A DNA stretch of 47,914 bases from a virus. Its lineage: Duplodnaviria; Caudoviricetes. The stretch is taken from positions 1 through 47,914 of the IMG/VR virus record IMGVR_UViG_3300031946_000009, one strand, 5' to 3'. How positions within the stretch are numbered: position 1 is the first letter of the stretch; every line of letters starts with the position of its first letter. This document shows positions 44,557 through 47,914 of this stretch, piece by piece. The notes beneath the pieces were generated by a model that saw only the letters and a program-made list of their open reading frames with translations, made no database searches and was not told the DNA's origin. A program made the translations under genes and the position numbers.

Positions 44557-44773
44557 GACCCAGCTGAACACTCTGATCGCCGCCCTTCTGGACCAGAGCG
44601 GCAAGCACTGTGGAAGCGCAGCCGAACAGGACATCCGGTTCGGCTCGAACACTTGGATCGCCCACATGTCGGCGAGCATGACCCTCGCTGGCATGGCCGC
44701 AGGTTATATGGCGGTGCGCGACCAAATGAACGCAGAGGAGAGGCCATATGCCCCGCGCGAAACGGACAGTTAG
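44549..44773 (+). CDS. Hypothetical protein
   Basis: 74 aa; RBS GAGG; overlaps its neighbours. Confidence 0.6.
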   Translation: MTKTQLNTLIAALLDQSGKHCGSAAEQDIRFGSNTWIAHMSASMTLAGMAAGYMAVRDQMNAEERPYAPRETDS

Positions 44774-45131
44774 CAGCTTCAATCCCCGGCTTCTAACCGC
44801 CCTCGAAGAGGGCTGTAAACGCGAATTGCGCATCCCTTGCTCCACAGCAAAGGAAGCTGTTCGCCTCCGTCAAGAGATCAACAAACTCCGCGCGGCAATT
44901 CGCGCGGAGAACAAACCGGGCTGGCACCATTATATGGGTGCTGGTCTGTACATAGATCCGAAGGAGCCTGACGTAATTCTGATAAAACCCAAAGCCTCCG
45001 AGTACAAGCTGGCTCTGGACGCCGCAGGCATACCTGATCCCTTACTTCCCGATCCGGATCAGGACACAAATAAAGCGACTTCGGACGAAGCATCCTTTTT
45101 TGAGGATCTAAAGAAGTTGACGAGGGGTTAA
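44748..45131 (+). CDS. Hypothetical protein
   Basis: 127 aa; RBS GGAGAGG. Confidence 0.75.
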   Translation: MPRAKRTVSSFNPRLLTALEEGCKRELRIPCSTAKEAVRLRQEINKLRAAIRAENKPGWHHYMGAGLYIDPKEPDVILIKPKASEYKLALDAAGIPDPLLPDPDQDTNKATSDEASFFEDLKKLTRG

Positions 45132-45149
45132 TCCCCTCGTCGATTTTTT
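45119..45149 (+). terminator. Rho-independent terminator
   Basis: GACGAGGGG-ttaat-CCCCTCGTC followed by GATTTTTT. Confidence 0.7.
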
Positions 45150-45187
45150 CATCCCCTCCCCGATTTTGCTTGTGAAGTCCCGCAAAA

Positions 45188-45216
45188 GGGGCCATTATCG
45201 TACCGATGACCGGCCC
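45188..45216. promoter_or_regulatory. Dispersed palindrome, copy 4 (right arm degenerate)
   Basis: GGGGCCATTATC-gtacc-GATGACCGGCCC with the same GCAAAA and ATTG flanks as copy 1. Confidence 0.55.
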
Positions 45217-45252
45217 ATTGGGGTGACCGGCTTCCCGCAAAGGGGGACTAAG

Positions 45253-46005
45253 GTGCGAAAGATTTTTCTAATTGCATTAGCTACCACAGCTCTGCCGAGC
45301 ATGGCAGTAGCACAGACCGCGGTGGGGATCGGGGCCGCGCGGTCAGACGCAGCCGCCGTATCCGGCTCCAAATCCACCGCAATTGGTGGCGGAGCCAGCA
45401 AATCCACATCTTCCATCACCATCAACCAGGCTCCAATTCCCACCGCGACCACCACAACCGTAAACAATGAAGGTACGAGCACAGTCAAGAACGTCCCTTC
45501 CGTATTTGCCCCCGGCCTTGCAGCCGCAGGCTTGGAAACCTGTCTCGGGTCAGTGTCCGGAGGTGGCTCCTTTGTGGGCACCGGCTTTTCATTCGGTAGC
45601 ACTATCCCAGATCCCGGCTGCGCTGCGCGCCTTGATGCCCGGACCCTGTGGTCGATGGGACTTAAGAAAGCAGCCATTGCCCGACTGTGCTTGGGCGGCG
45701 AAATCCGAGCAGCGATGCCAGAGATCTGCAACCAATATCTCCCTCGGGTTCAGCCGGTCGGCTACCCCGCGGTTCCAGCTTATTACCTCGCTGAAGGCGA
45801 GACCTATCACGGCGGGCCGATTATGCTGGTCGATGGAAAGACCGGCCAAGATCGTCTGTGCCAGAATTACGACGAACCCAAGCATCGTTGCCGGGCTTGG
45901 GATGGGGAAACTCACGTCGTAAGCCACCACACCAAGAAGGTGCGGGTGGTCAGTGCTCCGGCAGCATCACCTCAGCCAGTGGCTGAAAATACTGAAGGAA
46001 AGTAG
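45253..46005 (+). CDS. Secreted Cys-containing protein with an N-terminal signal peptide
   Basis: GTG start after GGGGGA; MRKIFLIALATTALPSMAVA-QT; domain ETCLGSVSGG...DPGC...LWSMGLKKAAIARLC. Confidence 0.75.
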   Translation: MRKIFLIALATTALPSMAVAQTAVGIGAARSDAAAVSGSKSTAIGGGASKSTSSITINQAPIPTATTTTVNNEGTSTVKNVPSVFAPGLAAAGLETCLGSVSGGGSFVGTGFSFGSTIPDPGCAARLDARTLWSMGLKKAAIARLCLGGEIRAAMPEICNQYLPRVQPVGYPAVPAYYLAEGETYHGGPIMLVDGKTGQDRLCQNYDEPKHRCRAWDGETHVVSHHTKKVRVVSAPAASPQPVAENTEGK

Positions 46006-46006
46006 T

Positions 46007-46375
46007 ATGCTGAAGCTTATTACGGGTGCCGCGATCGTTGCTCTTCTGGTCGGCTCTGTTCCCGCGCAGGCCGGATCAACGATCGCGGTGGGAGGCTCGG
46101 CCGGTGGCAATGCTGTTCTGACCGGCGCCGCGACCAATAGTCATGGTCTCGGTTTCTCCACCGCAGGTGCGGCGGGGGTCTCGACGGGTCAGTCGGCCGG
46201 AATCGGGGTCGCGACCCCGCTCGGTGGTCTGTCCGCAGGGATTGGTCAGACCAACAACTTCGCTGGTGCCGGTGGTTTGACCGGCGGCGTTCTGGGCGGA
46301 GGTGGCTCGTTCATCTCTGGTGCCGGAGCCGGCGGCCTCAATGTTGGTGGCGGCTTCACCAACTCTACACCTTAG
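46007..46375 (+). CDS. Secreted Gly-rich protein with a signal peptide
   Basis: RBS AAGGA; MLKLITGAAIVALLVGSVPAQA followed by an uncharged Gly/Ala/Ser/Thr mature region. Confidence 0.75.
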   Translation: MLKLITGAAIVALLVGSVPAQAGSTIAVGGSAGGNAVLTGAATNSHGLGFSTAGAAGVSTGQSAGIGVATPLGGLSAGIGQTNNFAGAGGLTGGVLGGGGSFISGAGAGGLNVGGGFTNSTP

Positions 46376-46383
46376 TTGGTGCT

Positions 46384-46413
46384 GGTCGAGGGGCTACGGC
46401 CCCTCGGCCTTCT
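46384..46413 (+). terminator. Stem-loop terminator after the secreted pair
   Basis: GGTCGAGGGGC-TACG-GCCCCTCGGCC followed by TTCT. Confidence 0.6.
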
Positions 46414-46461
46414 AACGGCGCCCGCAGAGTTATTCTCATAAGCCGGGCGTTAGGAGCTACC

Positions 46462-46683
46462 ATGTCCAGACACAGGAAACCATACTACGTCCAGCAGAAG
46501 GTGAGCATCCCCGCCACCCTGCTCGCCAGATTTTCTCGCTTCCATTGGGACGCCGCGAAGAACAAGGTTCAATACGGAGCCATCAGCGAAGTCGTCACCA
46601 ACCTGCTAAGCGATTATGTGAACCGGATGGAGAACCCACCCCTTGTTCCGGATCAAGAACCAGTTAAGGAGAAAGTATCGTGA
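46462..46683 (+). CDS. Putative ribbon-helix-helix DNA-binding protein
   Basis: QQKVSIPATLLARF...YGAISEVVTNLLSDYV strand-helix-helix pattern; RBS AGGAG. Confidence 0.55.
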   Translation: MSRHRKPYYVQQKVSIPATLLARFSRFHWDAAKNKVQYGAISEVVTNLLSDYVNRMENPPLVPDQEPVKEKVS

Positions 46684-46907
46684 CAGACGTCATGGACGCC
46701 TTCAAGCATCTGGATTCCCTGACCCAGATCCAATTATTCGAACGCCGCAGCGCGCTGGTCGGCAGCGCTCCCGGCGGCGACTACCGGCAATTGCCCGATG
46801 AAGTGCTACAGGAGCTGGTAGCAATTCATCGGATTTTGCGTCGTACCAGCTCCAAACCCGCATCCCGCTCTATCCGCAACGAAGTTCCAACCCCGGACCA
46901 GCTATGA
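46680..46907 (+). CDS. Hypothetical protein
   Basis: 75 aa; RBS AAGGAG; ends PTPDQL. Confidence 0.7.
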   Translation: MTDVMDAFKHLDSLTQIQLFERRSALVGSAPGGDYRQLPDEVLQELVAIHRILRRTSSKPASRSIRNEVPTPDQL

Positions 46908-47896
46908 AAATCGAAGCCATTCTACCGGAGCACGTTGACAGCACGATGATGAACTCCTTCCGGTCCTGCCGGCAGAAGTTCAAAAACGAGCACATCTTCG
47001 GCCTCCGTCCCGCAGAGCAATCAATCGATCTCCACGCGGGCGCCGTCTTTAGCGCCACCCTGGAGCGGTTTTACCGAGAGGTTTTCACCAATGGGCTTGA
47101 TCCATCTCCAGCACTCGCCAGAGCTTACGCTACATTCCAAACCGAATGGGGAGATTTTATCATCCGAAAGGATAAGCATCCAAAGACTCCTGAGAACATG
47201 TGGGCCGCGGTCGAGGATTATATACGAACGTACCCTCCTCGATCTGATAGTGTACAACCGTATTTCACCGACGGCACTCCGAGTTTTGAATTCTCTTTCG
47301 CAATCCCACTTGATTTCCCTAACTGGCCACGGCACCCCGTTAGCGGTAATCCCTTTGTGTACGTTGGGAGATTCGATCTGCTCGGAAAGCGGGATGACCG
47401 GCCCGTCGTCCGCGACGAAAAGACTGCTCAACGTCTGGAGTCTAATTGGGCAGAAAAGTGGGACCTGCGGTCCCAATTTCTGGGCTATTGTTGGGCCTTG
47501 CAGCATAACGGAATACCTTGCAACACTGTCGTCATCCGAGGTGTCATTATTAATCTCACGCAAATCCGGCAGGTCGAAGCCGTCAAAATCTACCCGCAAT
47601 TCCTCATCGATCGATGGTTCGAACAGCTCCGACGAGACCTTATCTCCCTAGTCAAATGCTGGGAGGACGGTTACTTCGACTATAACCTGGGAGATACCTG
47701 TACCGCGTACTCCCATTGTCCTTTTATACCACTTTGCTCTAGCCCCAATCCTGACCTTTGGTACAGCAATTATGAGGTGCGCAGATGGAACCCTCTGAGC
47801 AAGAGCCGGAACCCACTGTCCGACGAACCATCATCCATTGCTGTGAGTTCTGCACATACTGGGAAGGGGCCGGTCAAAGCCCCGTCCCTCTCCTAG
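46904..47896 (+). CDS. PD-(D/E)XK Cas4/AddB-like exonuclease
   Basis: GRFD...RDEKT and SQFLGY motifs; N-terminal Cys plus C-terminal CTAYSHCPFIPLC (Fe-S staple pattern). Confidence 0.85.
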   Translation: MKIEAILPEHVDSTMMNSFRSCRQKFKNEHIFGLRPAEQSIDLHAGAVFSATLERFYREVFTNGLDPSPALARAYATFQTEWGDFIIRKDKHPKTPENMWAAVEDYIRTYPPRSDSVQPYFTDGTPSFEFSFAIPLDFPNWPRHPVSGNPFVYVGRFDLLGKRDDRPVVRDEKTAQRLESNWAEKWDLRSQFLGYCWALQHNGIPCNTVVIRGVIINLTQIRQVEAVKIYPQFLIDRWFEQLRRDLISLVKCWEDGYFDYNLGDTCTAYSHCPFIPLCSSPNPDLWYSNYEVRRWNPLSKSRNPLSDEPSSIAVSSAHTGKGPVKAPSLS

Positions 47897-47914
47897 CTAA
47901 GTGCAATCATAGCT
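47868..47914. repeat. Terminal overlap, identical to 1..47
   Basis: Exact 47-bp match to the window start. Confidence 0.97.

Noticed and set aside
45170-45255. c-di-GMP-I riboswitch (GCAAA and CTAAG words)
   Set aside because: The P1/P2 architecture and the GGCAAAC...GAAA...GACGCAAAGC core could not be built. The dispersed palindrome and short hairpins explain the region better.

Overview
This window looks like a complete, circularly assembled genome (about 47,867 bp plus a 47-bp end overlap) of a podovirus-like tailed dsDNA phage. It is probably lytic: I see no integrase, CI-type repressor or phage RNA polymerase. The host may be an alphaproteobacterium (inference, low certainty). There are two opposed arms. 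The + strand early/replication arm runs from 39.6 kb through the contig junction to 8.25 kb. It carries small early genes, a vWA protein, an NDT-like protein, a secreted gene pair, a Cas4-like exonuclease, a Sak4-like ATPase, an SSB, a ParB-methyltransferase fusion, a UDG-fused family A polymerase split by a degenerate dUTPase, and a DUF3987-like ATPase. The - strand virion arm runs from 39.4 kb down to 8.25 kb. It carries TerS, a 7.5-kb fibre/paralog island, TerL, portal, scaffold, major capsid protein, tail proteins, endolysin, ejection proteins and a 2056-aa polyvalent protein. The most notable signals are: (1) four dispersed copies of a 29-bp palindrome, GGGG(A/C)CATTATC-N5-GATAATG(T/G)CCCC, in a genome that encodes a ParB(CTPase)-HTH-DNA methyltransferase fusion; (2) a shared C-terminal hexapeptide (PTPDEL/PTAEDL/PTPDQL/PRASDL/VKATDL) on five unrelated early proteins; (3) a PolA interrupted by a catalytically eroded dUTPase, with a possible +1 frameshift fusion and an atypical motif B; (4) four tandem paralogs plus a repeat-rich fibre inserted between terS and terL. 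All functional calls come from motif recognition by eye; no database searches were run.
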